A stretch of 64,000 nt of DNA from Myxococcota bacterium (GCA_040386535.1 JAZKFH010000013.1:450817-514816); one strand, 5' to 3'; numbered from the stretch's first letter, positions 39,967 to 48,746 are shown. Notes: generated from the letters alone by a model not told the origin. Numbers and translations: made by a program.

Positions 39967-40955
39967 TGCTCCTCGTCGGCCTCGCCCACGCGCTCGACCA
40001 CCACGTGCTCCAGGAAGGGGAGACCCTCGCCGACGTCGCCGCGGCCGAGGGGGTGTCGGTCGCGGCGCTCCGGGCGATCAACCAGATCGACGCGCGCCAG
40101 GCCCCGCCCGTCGGAACGGTGATCCTCATCCCGGGGGACGAGTCCGACACGCCCGCCGCCGTGGTGCTCACCGTGTCGGGGCCCGCCACCGCCACCCTCC
40201 CGGGGGAGGCCGCCGTGCGCCTCGTGCAGACGCGCGCGCTCCCGTCGGGCACGCTCGTGTGCACGGAGCCCGCCGGGTACGCCACGCTGCGGCTCGCCAC
40301 CGCGACCAGGACGCGCGAGCACGACGAGGTCACGCTGCTCGGCGGCACCTGCCTCACGCTCGATGCGAGCTGGTCCCAGGCCACCGACCACGCCTCGGTG
40401 GTGTCCGTGCGCCGCGGCAGCGTGGCGGTGCGCGCCGGCGCGGGCGGCAAGGGCGCGGTCACCGTGCGCACCGACGCCGGCGTGACCACGAGCGACGAGG
40501 GCGGTTTTCGCGTGACGGTCGAGGAGGGGGCCGCGCGGACCGAAGCGCTCGATGGTCCCGTGGCGGTGATGGGGGCCGGCAAACGCGTCAACCTCACGAC
40601 GGGCTTCGGCACGCGGGTGCGCAAGGGAGAGGCGCCGGCGGCGGCGTCCGCGTTGCTCGCGGCGGGGGTCCCCCAGCGCCCTTCCGAGAAGGAGCCCATG
40701 CGGCGCCCGGACTTCGTGTGGACCCCGGTCGACCGCGCGCTCGGCTACCGCCTGGAGATCGCGACGGACGGCGACTTCTCCGAGATCGTCCTCGCGGAGG
40801 AGGTCGGCGCGCCACCCTGGGCGCCGGAGACCCTGTTCCTGCCCTTCCACGGCGAGGGGTTGTGGTGGCGCATCGCGTCGTTCGACCGCACCGGGCTGCT
40901 CGGCCCGCCCTCGGCGCCCCAGCGGATCGTGCTGCCGGCCGGCGTGGGGCCGTAG
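39963..40955 (+). CDS. LysM + FecR-like domain protein
   Basis: HVLQEGETLADVA...L.AIN LysM; FecR-like RGSV, VRT, FRV, DG.V.V; FN3-like WTPV...YRLEIA. Confidence 0.75.
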   Translation: MMLLVGLAHALDHHVLQEGETLADVAAAEGVSVAALRAINQIDARQAPPVGTVILIPGDESDTPAAVVLTVSGPATATLPGEAAVRLVQTRALPSGTLVCTEPAGYATLRLATATRTREHDEVTLLGGTCLTLDASWSQATDHASVVSVRRGSVAVRAGAGGKGAVTVRTDAGVTTSDEGGFRVTVEEGAARTEALDGPVAVMGAGKRVNLTTGFGTRVRKGEAPAAASALLAAGVPQRPSEKEPMRRPDFVWTPVDRALGYRLEIATDGDFSEIVLAEEVGAPPWAPETLFLPFHGEGLWWRIASFDRTGLLGPPSAPQRIVLPAGVGP

Positions 40956-41000
40956 GGCGCTGACGGGATCGCGTTAAGGCCGGGCCACCCGGAGCTCCCC

Positions 41001-41333
41001 GTGACCCTGTTCGAGAAGATCATCGCGCGCCAGATCCCCGCCGACATCGTCTACGAGGACGACCACACGATCTGCTTCCGCGACATCAACCCCCAGGCGC
41101 CGACCCACGTGCTGGTCGTCCCGAAGCAGGTGATCACGCGCCTCGACACCGCCGCCGAGGCCGACGCCCTCGTGCTCGGCCGCTGCATGCTCACCGCGGG
41201 CAAGGTGGCGAAGCAGCTCGGCCTCGGCAGCTACCGCGTGGTGATCAACAACGGTGAGGACGCCGGCCAGACCGTGTTCCACCTGCACCTGCACATCCTC
41301 GGCGGGCGCCGCTTCGGGTGGCCGCCCGGGTAG
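41001..41333 (+). CDS. hinT: Histidine triad nucleotide-binding protein (HinT-like)
   Basis: F.KII, DINPQAPTHVLVVPK, GQTVFHLHLHILGG. Confidence 0.92.
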   Translation: MTLFEKIIARQIPADIVYEDDHTICFRDINPQAPTHVLVVPKQVITRLDTAAEADALVLGRCMLTAGKVAKQLGLGSYRVVINNGEDAGQTVFHLHLHILGGRRFGWPPG

Positions 41334-41340
41334 GGCTCGG

Positions 41341-41814
41341 TCAGCTCAGCCGCTTCAGCACGTCCGCCGTCGACGTGAGGAACTCGGACACGTCGATTCC
41401 GGCGTCCCCGTAGACGAGCGCCTGCATACCCATGTCGGCGCGGTCGAGCTCCTTGAGCAGCCGCGCCTCGGGCGACACGCCCGCCTCCGCCTCGTCCCAG
41501 ATCGCGCGCAGATCGGGGCGGTGCGCGAGCAGCACGTCCATCGCGTCGCGTTCGCGCTGGTGCTTCTCCTCCTTCGAGACACCGTCGTGCGGCGTGAGAT
41601 CGCCGACACGCACCTCGGCCAGATCGTGGAGGATCGCCATGGCGAGGAGCTTGTCCCGATCGAGCTCGGGGGGGCAGCGCAGCAGCGCGAGGAGGGCCAC
41701 GCCCCAGGAGTGGGCGGCGACACTCTCCGGAAACGCGACGCCCACCCGCTTCCAGCCCGCGCGGTCGACCGCCTTGAGCGCCATCGCCTCGCGCGCGAGC
41801 TCGCGGTCGGTCAT
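41341..41814 (-). CDS. HD-domain hydrolase (HDDC2/YfbR-like 5'-deoxynucleotidase family)
   Basis: K...R.GW, ESVAAHSW, HDLAE..GD.TP; ATGA overlap with the upstream gene. Confidence 0.85.
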   Translation of the reverse strand: MTDRELAREAMALKAVDRAGWKRVGVAFPESVAAHSWGVALLALLRCPPELDRDKLLAMAILHDLAEVRVGDLTPHDGVSKEEKHQRERDAMDVLLAHRPDLRAIWDEAEAGVSPEARLLKELDRADMGMQALVYGDAGIDVSEFLTSTADVLKRLS

Positions 41815-42854
41815 GTCACGCGCGCCCGCTGCTCGGGCCGCGCCATGGAGAGCACCACGGGGACGCCGCCCTCGCGCCCGCCCTCGGGGGCCTGCGCGCG
41901 CGTGAACGCCGCACGGGAGTCGAGCTGGCGCCACCCCTCGGCGATGAGCACCTGGGCGACCGCGCCGCCGAGGTTGCCGCCCGGGCCGAGCAGCACGAGC
42001 GCGTCGGGCGCGTACTCGCGCATCGCGACGCGAACGCTGGCCGCGAAGTCGTACGGGTCGGTGACCTGCGCGCCGAGCGTGTAGTCCCGGATCGCGGCGG
42101 GATCGGCGTGGTGGGGGCGGAAGACGACGCCGCGCCCGTCCACCAGCGGCACCGCCGGGGCGCGCCACCCGAGGTCGGCGAGGTCGGCGAACGCGCGCTC
42201 CGAGGTGGGGCGCATCAGCGGCGTGTGGAACGCGGAGTGGAGGGGGAGCTGGAACGGGGCGTCCCGATCGCCGATCTTGCGCGGGGGGAGGCGCTTCATC
42301 AGCGCGTCGAGCGCGGCCTGGGTGCCGCCGATCACGGCCTGGCCGCCGAGGCGGATGCTCATGTGTAGATCGGGGATCTCGCGCAGCGCCGCGTCGAGCT
42401 CGGGCGAGGGGAGGGCGCGCCACGCGTCGTCCACGAGCGGGTACAGCACCTGCCCACCCACGACGTTGCCGGCCTGGTACTGGCCCATCGTCTCGACCAG
42501 CGTGAACGCGTCGGGCTGCGGGAGGGCGCCGGCCACGGCGAGCGCCGTGTACCAGCCCATCGAGTTGCCGAGGACGCACGCCACCGACACGTCGGCCTTG
42601 CGCGCGCCCAGCGCGTCGGCGTCGACCAGCGAGGCCGCCATCGTGAGCAGCGAGGCATTCTCTCCCGCGACGTGGAGGCGCGAGGAGTAGCTCTCCGCCG
42701 CGTCCATCTCGCTGGGTGTGGGGCGGCCGAGCGCGGCGCGGAAGGCGTCGGCGGCGCGGAGGGACGCGCTCCCCGCTCCGGTGCTGCGCAGTGTGCCGAG
42801 CAGGTCGCGGGTGTAGCTGCCCCGGCCGGGGCATACGACGGCGATGCGGATCAT
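41811..42854 (-). CDS. FabD-fold acyltransferase (atypical)
   Basis: CPGRGS, GNSMG nucleophile, AFHT catalytic His; the malonyl-binding Arg position is Met. Confidence 0.8.
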   Translation of the reverse strand: MIRIAVVCPGRGSYTRDLLGTLRSTGAGSASLRAADAFRAALGRPTPSEMDAAESYSSRLHVAGENASLLTMAASLVDADALGARKADVSVACVLGNSMGWYTALAVAGALPQPDAFTLVETMGQYQAGNVVGGQVLYPLVDDAWRALPSPELDAALREIPDLHMSIRLGGQAVIGGTQAALDALMKRLPPRKIGDRDAPFQLPLHSAFHTPLMRPTSERAFADLADLGWRAPAVPLVDGRGVVFRPHHADPAAIRDYTLGAQVTDPYDFAASVRVAMREYAPDALVLLGPGGNLGGAVAQVLIAEGWRQLDSRAAFTRAQAPEGGREGGVPVVLSMARPEQRARVT

Positions 42855-45115
42855 GAGCCGGTCCTCACTTCGACGATCTCGGGGACGGCGACGCGCTCCG
42901 CGCCGGCGAGCGTGATCGCCGCGGCGACGATCTCCGCCTCCTGCACGAGCACGAGGTTGGCGGCGGCCGCGAGGGGCACGTACACGTCCGCGCCCGCGAC
43001 GCGGGCCATCTCGGCGTCGACCCCGGCGTCGATCAGCGCGGTGAAGATGCCCTCGGACAGGCCGCCGGTGGCGCGGCACTCGTCCACCACCAGGACGCGC
43101 CCGGTGGCGCGCACCTCGCGGACGAGATCCTCGACGGGGAGGGGCAGGATCCAGCGCAGATCGAGCACGCGGCACCGGATGCCGTGTTTCTCCTCGAGCA
43201 CGCGGGCGGCGCGCAGGCTCATCCAGAGGCCGTTCGCCCAGCTCACGATGGTGAGATCGGCGCCGTCGCCGTAGGTGCGGCCGGATCCGAGCGGCACGTG
43301 GTGATCGGCGGGCGGGTAGGGGGCGGCCCAGGCGCCGTCGCCATCCTCGTGCAGATCGCGGGTCATGTAGAGCGCGATGGGCTCCAGGTAGAGGCACACC
43401 GCGCCGTCGATCTTCGCGGCGGCCGCGCAGGTGCGCAACATGGCGGCCGCGTCGTCCCCACGTGCGGGAGACGCGATGACCAGCCCGGGGATGTCCCGCA
43501 ACGCGGCGATCGAGTTGTCGTTGTGGAAGTGCCCGCCGAACCCCTTCTGGTAGGCGTACCCCGCGATGCGGCACACCATCGGGTTGCGATACTGCCCGTT
43601 CGAGAAGTACTGGAGCGAGCCGGCCTCGCCGCGGATCTGGTCGCACGCGTTGTGGAAGTAGGCGAGGTACTGGATCTCGGGGAAGGGGAGCTGCCCCGCC
43701 TGGCCGGCCCCGAGCGCGATGCCGAGGATGGTCTGCTCGTCGAGCAAGGTGTCCATCACGCGGTCGGCGCCGAAGCGCTTCTGCAGGTCGGCGGTGACGT
43801 GGTACACGCCGCCCTTCTTCCCCACGTCCTCTCCGAACAGCAGGGCCTCGGGGTGCTTGGCGAACAGATCCGCGAGCGCACGGTTGATCTGGACCGCGAG
43901 GTGGCGCGGCTTGTCGGCCTCGGGGAGCCCGCCCGGATGGATGCGCGTCCGTTCGGCGTCGGCGGCCATGCGCGTGGCCTCGGCCCGGACCCGCTCGGGG
44001 CTGCGCGGCGAGAGCGGCGCCACGATTTCGCTGCGGGAGGTGAGCTTGGGGCGGCGGATGGCCTCCTCGCCGAGCGCGGCGATGCGGGTGCGCGCCTCCT
44101 CGTAGATGGCGACGACCTCGTCGGGGGAGAGCCACCCCTCGGTCACGAGGAGCCGGGCCGTGCGGAGGAGCGGGTCGAGCGCCTCGGCGGCGGCGATCTC
44201 GTCGGGGCTCCGGTAGGTCGCCTCCACGTCCGAGCCGGCGTGCCCGAGCAGGCGGACCGTGCGGACGTGCAGAAAACACGGACGCCGGTACGTGCGCACC
44301 CAGCGGGCGGCGGCCTCGGCGGCATCGGCGACGTCGGGGAGATCGAGGCCGTCCCCTGCCACGTAGGCGAGGTTGGCGCGGTTGGCGTACTGGGTGGCGA
44401 TCCAGCCCTGGGGCGTGGGCGTGGAGATGCCGATGCCGTTGTCCTCACACACGAACAACACCGGGCAGTCACGGCCCTGGTGCGCGTGCCACTCGGCCGC
44501 GTTGATGGCGCCGGCGGCGGTCGAGTGGTTGGCGGAGGCGTCCCCGAACGTCGCGACGGCGATGCGATCGTCGGTCGCGGGGGCCAGCCCGAGCCGCTTG
44601 CCACGCTCGATCGCGAGCGCCATCCCGAGGGCCTTGGGGAGGTGCGACGCGATGGTCGAGGTCTGCGGGGGGATCGCGAGCGGCAGGCTGCCGAACACCT
44701 TGTGGCGGCCGCCGGCGATGGGCTCGTCCTTCGAGGCGGTGAGGCCGAGCAGCACGTCCATCAGCGGCGTGGCGCCGGGGACCTGGCGCGCGCGCGCGAT
44801 GAAGAAGGCGCCGGAGCGGTAGTGCAGGAACGCCGGATCGTCGGGATGCAGCGCCGCTGCCACCGCCGCGTTGCCCTCGTGCCCGCTCGACCCGATCGTG
44901 TAGAAACACTCGTTGCGCGCCTTGAGCGCCCGCGCCGCCAGATCGAGGTGGCGGCTCTCCACCTGGGTCTCGAACAGCGAGAGCGCACGGCGCGCGGAGA
45001 GCGCGGTCCCCGCACGAACGGGGCTGTCGCGGTCCACGCGGGGGGCGCCCGGCGGGAGCGCGCGCAGCTGCGCCACGAAGTTGTTGTCGACGATGCCAGC
45101 GCGGTTGACGGCCAT
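42851..45115 (-). CDS. Fused E1 alpha/beta ThDP-dependent 2-oxoacid dehydrogenase (branched-chain-like)
   Basis: GHE, HYR, GDAS..EDN ThDP motif, GHAGSD; beta part GEDV..GGV, DTLLDEQ, EIQY, GGHFH, DLRW. Confidence 0.88.
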   Translation of the reverse strand: MAVNRAGIVDNNFVAQLRALPPGAPRVDRDSPVRAGTALSARRALSLFETQVESRHLDLAARALKARNECFYTIGSSGHEGNAAVAAALHPDDPAFLHYRSGAFFIARARQVPGATPLMDVLLGLTASKDEPIAGGRHKVFGSLPLAIPPQTSTIASHLPKALGMALAIERGKRLGLAPATDDRIAVATFGDASANHSTAAGAINAAEWHAHQGRDCPVLFVCEDNGIGISTPTPQGWIATQYANRANLAYVAGDGLDLPDVADAAEAAARWVRTYRRPCFLHVRTVRLLGHAGSDVEATYRSPDEIAAAEALDPLLRTARLLVTEGWLSPDEVVAIYEEARTRIAALGEEAIRRPKLTSRSEIVAPLSPRSPERVRAEATRMAADAERTRIHPGGLPEADKPRHLAVQINRALADLFAKHPEALLFGEDVGKKGGVYHVTADLQKRFGADRVMDTLLDEQTILGIALGAGQAGQLPFPEIQYLAYFHNACDQIRGEAGSLQYFSNGQYRNPMVCRIAGYAYQKGFGGHFHNDNSIAALRDIPGLVIASPARGDDAAAMLRTCAAAAKIDGAVCLYLEPIALYMTRDLHEDGDGAWAAPYPPADHHVPLGSGRTYGDGADLTIVSWANGLWMSLRAARVLEEKHGIRCRVLDLRWILPLPVEDLVREVRATGRVLVVDECRATGGLSEGIFTALIDAGVDAEMARVAGADVYVPLAAAANLVLVQEAEIVAAAITLAGAERVAVPEIVEVRTGS

Positions 45116-45146
45116 GGCGGGATTCCTGCGGGCGAGGGGCGGCGTC

Positions 45147-45620
45147 CTAACCCGATCCGGCCTGGATCCACTCGGGCGGCAGGAACGCGAGCAGGCGCGC
45201 GGGACGGGTTGTCGGGAGCCGGTCGACCTCGAGGTGCGCGAACCCGGCGCGCTCGAAGCGGATCGCCCCGGTCGGTGCGCCGAGGAGCCGCCCACAGAGG
45301 TTGCCGAGCGTGGGCTCGTGGCCGACGAGCAGGGGGTCGGGGTGGCGCGAGGCGCCCATGAGGATGGGGTCGACGCTGCCGAGGGCGAGCGCGTCCAGCG
45401 CGACGCAGGGGATGTGCGGGAAGCGCGCGTGCACCGACGCCGCGGTCTGCGTGGTGCGGATCAGCGGGCTGTGGAGGATGGTCCCGGGGGCCCACCCCGT
45501 TGCAATCAGCGCGTCCAGCACGTTCTCGAGCTGCGTCCACCCTTCCTGGGTGAGCTCGCGGTCGAAATCGGTGGCCGCGAAGTCCTCGGCGATGCCATGG
45601 CGAAGGAGCGAGATGCGCAC
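45147..45620 (-). CDS. sixA: Phosphohistidine phosphatase SixA-like
   Basis: LLRHG, DFDRELT..G, SPL.R..QTA, VGHEP. Confidence 0.85.
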   Translation of the reverse strand: MRISLLRHGIAEDFAATDFDRELTQEGWTQLENVLDALIATGWAPGTILHSPLIRTTQTAASVHARFPHIPCVALDALALGSVDPILMGASRHPDPLLVGHEPTLGNLCGRLLGAPTGAIRFERAGFAHLEVDRLPTTRPARLLAFLPPEWIQAGSG

Positions 45621-45622
45621 GG

Positions 45623-46282
45623 TTATCCGAAGCCGGGCGGCGCGAGGACCACCCCGGCGGCACGGGCGGCGCGCGCCACGGCGGTGACGAGGTTCATGTC
45701 GCTCGACGCGTCGGCGACGGCGTGCGCGGCTACGATCGGCCCCGCCGGATCGGCGGAGACGCGGGCGGCGCAGAGCAGGGCCAGCACCTCCTCGCGCGGG
45801 GAGGCGGCCGCGCGGGCCTCGGCGACGGCGCGCTCCGTCACGGCGAGGCACGCGGCGGCGCTTCCGGCGTCCGCAAGGGCGCCCGCCTTGCGCACGAGCG
45901 CCGCCGCGCGCTCGCTGCCAGTGAGCCCCGCGATCAAGGTGTCGTCGGCCACGTCGGCCAGCCCGGCGTCCTGTGCGCGCTCCTTGGCCGCGGCGCGGGT
46001 GGCCGCGACCCCCGCGAGGATCGAGGCGTGGAGCGCCCGGAGCTGGGTGACCCCCTCGACGTCGCCCGCGCGCTTGGCGAGCTGGACGGCCGCGGCGGCG
46101 GCGCGCTCGGCCTCCTCCACCCGGCCGAGCTCACGCAGCGCGGCGGCGCGCCAGGCGGCGGCGCGCGCCTCGAGGGCGGGGCGATCCGGCGCACGGAGCG
46201 CGTCGGCCGCTTCGAGGGCGGCGGGCCAGTCCCGACGTCGCAGCGCGTCGAACGCGGCGAGGGCGGCTTCATCGGGCGTCAT
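45623..46282 (-). CDS. Hypothetical Ala-rich helical (TPR-like) protein
   Basis: GGAGG RBS before ATG; ORF ends 2 nt before sixA; helical repeat character. Confidence 0.6.
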   Translation of the reverse strand: MTPDEAALAAFDALRRRDWPAALEAADALRAPDRPALEARAAAWRAAALRELGRVEEAERAAAAAVQLAKRAGDVEGVTQLRALHASILAGVAATRAAAKERAQDAGLADVADDTLIAGLTGSERAAALVRKAGALADAGSAAACLAVTERAVAEARAAASPREEVLALLCAARVSADPAGPIVAAHAVADASSDMNLVTAVARAARAAGVVLAPPGFG

Positions 46283-46323
46283 GGTCGCCTCCCTATACCG
46301 GCGCGCGTCCGGTCGGGAGGGGG

Positions 46324-46465
46324 CCGCGGCAGGCGCCCGCAAGGCGGCCGCGCCGCGCGGCCGGTCCCGACGGCCCTCCGTCCGCGGAGGGACGGCGGAC
46401 CAAGGCGCTCCGCGCCGCGCCTGGAGGGGGCCGACGGCGCCGTCCGCGGCGCCGGGCCGCCCAGC
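46324..46465. repeat. Structured intergenic element, copy A
   Basis: Shares CCGCGGCAGGCGCCCG, CCAAG, AGGGGGCCGACGGCG and CGCCGGGCCGCCCAGC in the same order with 62225-62364. Confidence 0.8.
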
Positions 46466-46475
46466 TCCACCTTCC

Positions 46476-46514
46476 GAGGACGCCCGCTATCCCCAGGAGG
46501 ACGCCGGCTATCCC
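46476..46514. repeat. Short tandem duplication (21-bp period) spanning the AhcY-like stop codon
   Basis: GAGGACGCCCGCTATCCC / GAGGACGCCGGCTATCCC. Confidence 0.7.
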
Positions 46515-47632
46515 AAAACGCTGAGCGCGACCTCGGCCGCGGTGGCCTCCAGCTCGGGCGGCGGCGCGACCTCGCCGGGGGCGCAGGGGGTGCGCGTGAG
46601 CCACTCGAGGCCGAGCCCCATCACCGCAAAATGGAGGAGCACGGGCTCCTGGGATCCGCTGTTCATCACGATGTTGAGGGGGTTGCCGCCCGCGAGCACC
46701 ATCAGCTTGGGGCCGCCGGGGAGGCGGTACCCGACCACGCGCGGGCCCACCTGGTCGACGCTGTCGGCCTCGGCTTCGAGGCCCTCGACGTCGATCTCGT
46801 CCGCGCCATGGCCCGCGTTGATGAGCACCGCGCCGTCGCTCGCCTCGCGCAGCAGCGCCAACGGAAGGCTGTGCCGCACCCCGCCCGCGGTGACGAGCAC
46901 CTGGGCGCGGCGCACGGCCGCGAGCGGCGCCGGCGTGGGAAAACCGTCGTAATGCGCGATGAGCCGCCGCACCGGATCCACGTCCAGGACCTCGACGCTG
47001 GCGCCGCCGGCGCGGGCATACGCCGCGACCCCCGCCCCCACCGAGCCGTAGCCCACGACCAACACGCGCCGGCCGCCGAGGTGACACCCCGTGAGCGCGG
47101 TGTAGGACTGCCAGAGCCCCTCGCCGACGCCGTGGCGGTTCTCGATGCCGGGCTTGAGCCGGCCGTCGTTGATGTTGAGCACGGGGAAGGGGAGCGGCGG
47201 GCCCGCGCGGAGGCGGGAGATGCCCGAGCGCGTGATCTCGACGCCGGCGCGGGGGCGGCGGCCGGCCGCGACGAGGCGGGATCCGAGGGCGAAGCCCACG
47301 TCGGCGAACAAGGTGGGATCGGCCTCGACGGTGGCGTCCAGCCCGTCCTCGATGCCGCCGCCGCCGAACACCTCGACGCCGAGGTCTCGCAGGAACGCGA
47401 CCACGCTCGGATCGGTCGTGGCGGGGTTGGCCGCCGAGCAGATCCACCGGCCGCCCCCCAACGACAGCTCGCGCACGACCGTGGCCGTGAGGGTGGTGAG
47501 GTGAAGGTGCAAGCCGATCGTGAGCCCCTCGAAGGGGCGCGTGGCCGCCCACCGGTTGCCGAGCGCCGAGAGCACGGGGAAGAAGGTGTCGATACGGCCG
47601 AGCTCGGCCAGGACGCGGGCGGTGTCGGGCAT
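46508..47632 (-). CDS. Divergent adenosylhomocysteinase (AhcY)-like protein
   Basis: LHLT, NP.TT, INDG.LK...EN..G.G, VVGYG.VG.G, DVDP, NAGH..EID; several active-site substitutions. Confidence 0.8.
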   Translation of the reverse strand: MPDTARVLAELGRIDTFFPVLSALGNRWAATRPFEGLTIGLHLHLTTLTATVVRELSLGGGRWICSAANPATTDPSVVAFLRDLGVEVFGGGGIEDGLDATVEADPTLFADVGFALGSRLVAAGRRPRAGVEITRSGISRLRAGPPLPFPVLNINDGRLKPGIENRHGVGEGLWQSYTALTGCHLGGRRVLVVGYGSVGAGVAAYARAGGASVEVLDVDPVRRLIAHYDGFPTPAPLAAVRRAQVLVTAGGVRHSLPLALLREASDGAVLINAGHGADEIDVEGLEAEADSVDQVGPRVVGYRLPGGPKLMVLAGGNPLNIVMNSGSQEPVLLHFAVMGLGLEWLTRTPCAPGEVAPPPELEATAAEVALSVLG

Positions 47633-47739
47633 TCCCGGCGTCTATCCCGTCCTCCACGAGCGGGTCCGCCCGAAGTCTTCCTCGGCGGGTGCGAGTGACG
47701 ATTGGCGGCGTTATCGCGGCGGTGCCGAAGGGGTCCCCC

Positions 47740-48588
47740 GTGCGTCGTTGCAGCTTGTTCACGTTGTCGCTGGCCCTGCTCTCGTCGCTCGCGTGCGCCG
47801 GCGGTGCCAGGTGTGGCGAAGGCACCGGGTTGGTGAACGGCGAGTGTGTCCCCGTCCAACCGATCGAGGAGGAAGAGGAGGAGGAAGAGGAGGAGACCGA
47901 CGTGGTGGTCGAGGACACCTCCCCGGAGGCCACCGACCCTGTCATCGTCTCGTTCTTCCCGGATATCTCCGCGGTGACCGAGGGCGATGCGGTCACCTTC
48001 GTCGTCGAGCTCACCGACCCCCAGGGGGCGAGCGACATCGCGATCGGCATCCTCCAGGCCCCCGGCGGCGCCCAATATGGCAACTTTGCCACGACGGGCG
48101 GCAGCACGTTCACGCTCTCCCTCACGTGGGAGGATCTGAACGAGATGAACGCGATCGACTTCGAGCTGGAAGAAGAACGTGTCTTCGTCGCCCACTTCGT
48201 CGATCGCTCCGCGAACGTGGTCGAGGCCAACACGGCGCTGCGGCTGCATTGTGGCGGGTTGGCGGCGTGCACGGGCGTGTGCACCGACACCGCCACGGAC
48301 GAGGAGAACTGTGGCACGTGCGGGGCGACATGCGACCAATGCGAGTCCGGCCAGTGCTACGGCTACGAGTGTGTGGAGCCGAGCGCGAGCATCGACACGT
48401 GTGACGAGCTGTGCGCCTCGGTCGGCCGGACGTGTGGGGGCGACGTGTGTGGCGGCGGGTCGACCACCGGGTGGATCGTCCGCGCCGGCACGTGCGAGGC
48501 GATCACCGACTACCGCATCGTGGGCGACTGCGACACGCCGTTCACCGACGGGTACGATCTGCTCGGGAAGTGCTGCTGCGCCGGCTGA
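47740..48588 (+). CDS. Cys-rich lipoprotein with Ig-like domain and myxobacterial-type Cys repeat
   Basis: LSSLAC lipobox, poly-Glu tract, C...CTD..TD..NCG.CG..C motif. Confidence 0.75.
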   Translation: MRRCSLFTLSLALLSSLACAGGARCGEGTGLVNGECVPVQPIEEEEEEEEEETDVVVEDTSPEATDPVIVSFFPDISAVTEGDAVTFVVELTDPQGASDIAIGILQAPGGAQYGNFATTGGSTFTLSLTWEDLNEMNAIDFELEEERVFVAHFVDRSANVVEANTALRLHCGGLAACTGVCTDTATDEENCGTCGATCDQCESGQCYGYECVEPSASIDTCDELCASVGRTCGGDVCGGGSTTGWIVRAGTCEAITDYRIVGDCDTPFTDGYDLLGKCCCAG

Positions 48589-48649
48589 GGTTTGGCTGCG
48601 CCCGCTGAGGTTTGGCTGCGCCGGCTGAGGTTTGGCTGCGCCGGCTGAG
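48575..48649. repeat. 20-bp tandem repeat (about 3.7 copies) overlapping the stop codon
   Basis: CCGGCTGAGGTTTGGCTGCG units at 48581, 48601 (1 mismatch), 48621, partial at 48641; no spacers. Confidence 0.9.
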
Positions 48650-48746
48650 CGCCTGACCCTGAGGTGTCACCCCGGGTGACGCCCGGTTGCACCTCCTGAT
48701 CCCGTCGCCCGCGCCGCGCGCCTACGTTGTGCGTCGGGGGTGGACG

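Noticed and set aside
46324..46465. Cobalamin riboswitch (minus-strand ...CCTGCC end)
   Set aside because: Lacks GGGAA, GCCCCCGC.ACTGT and GCCACTG motifs; copy B is not upstream of any gene
48575..48649. Possible CRISPR array
   Set aside because: Head-to-tail 20-bp units without spacers; no cas genes
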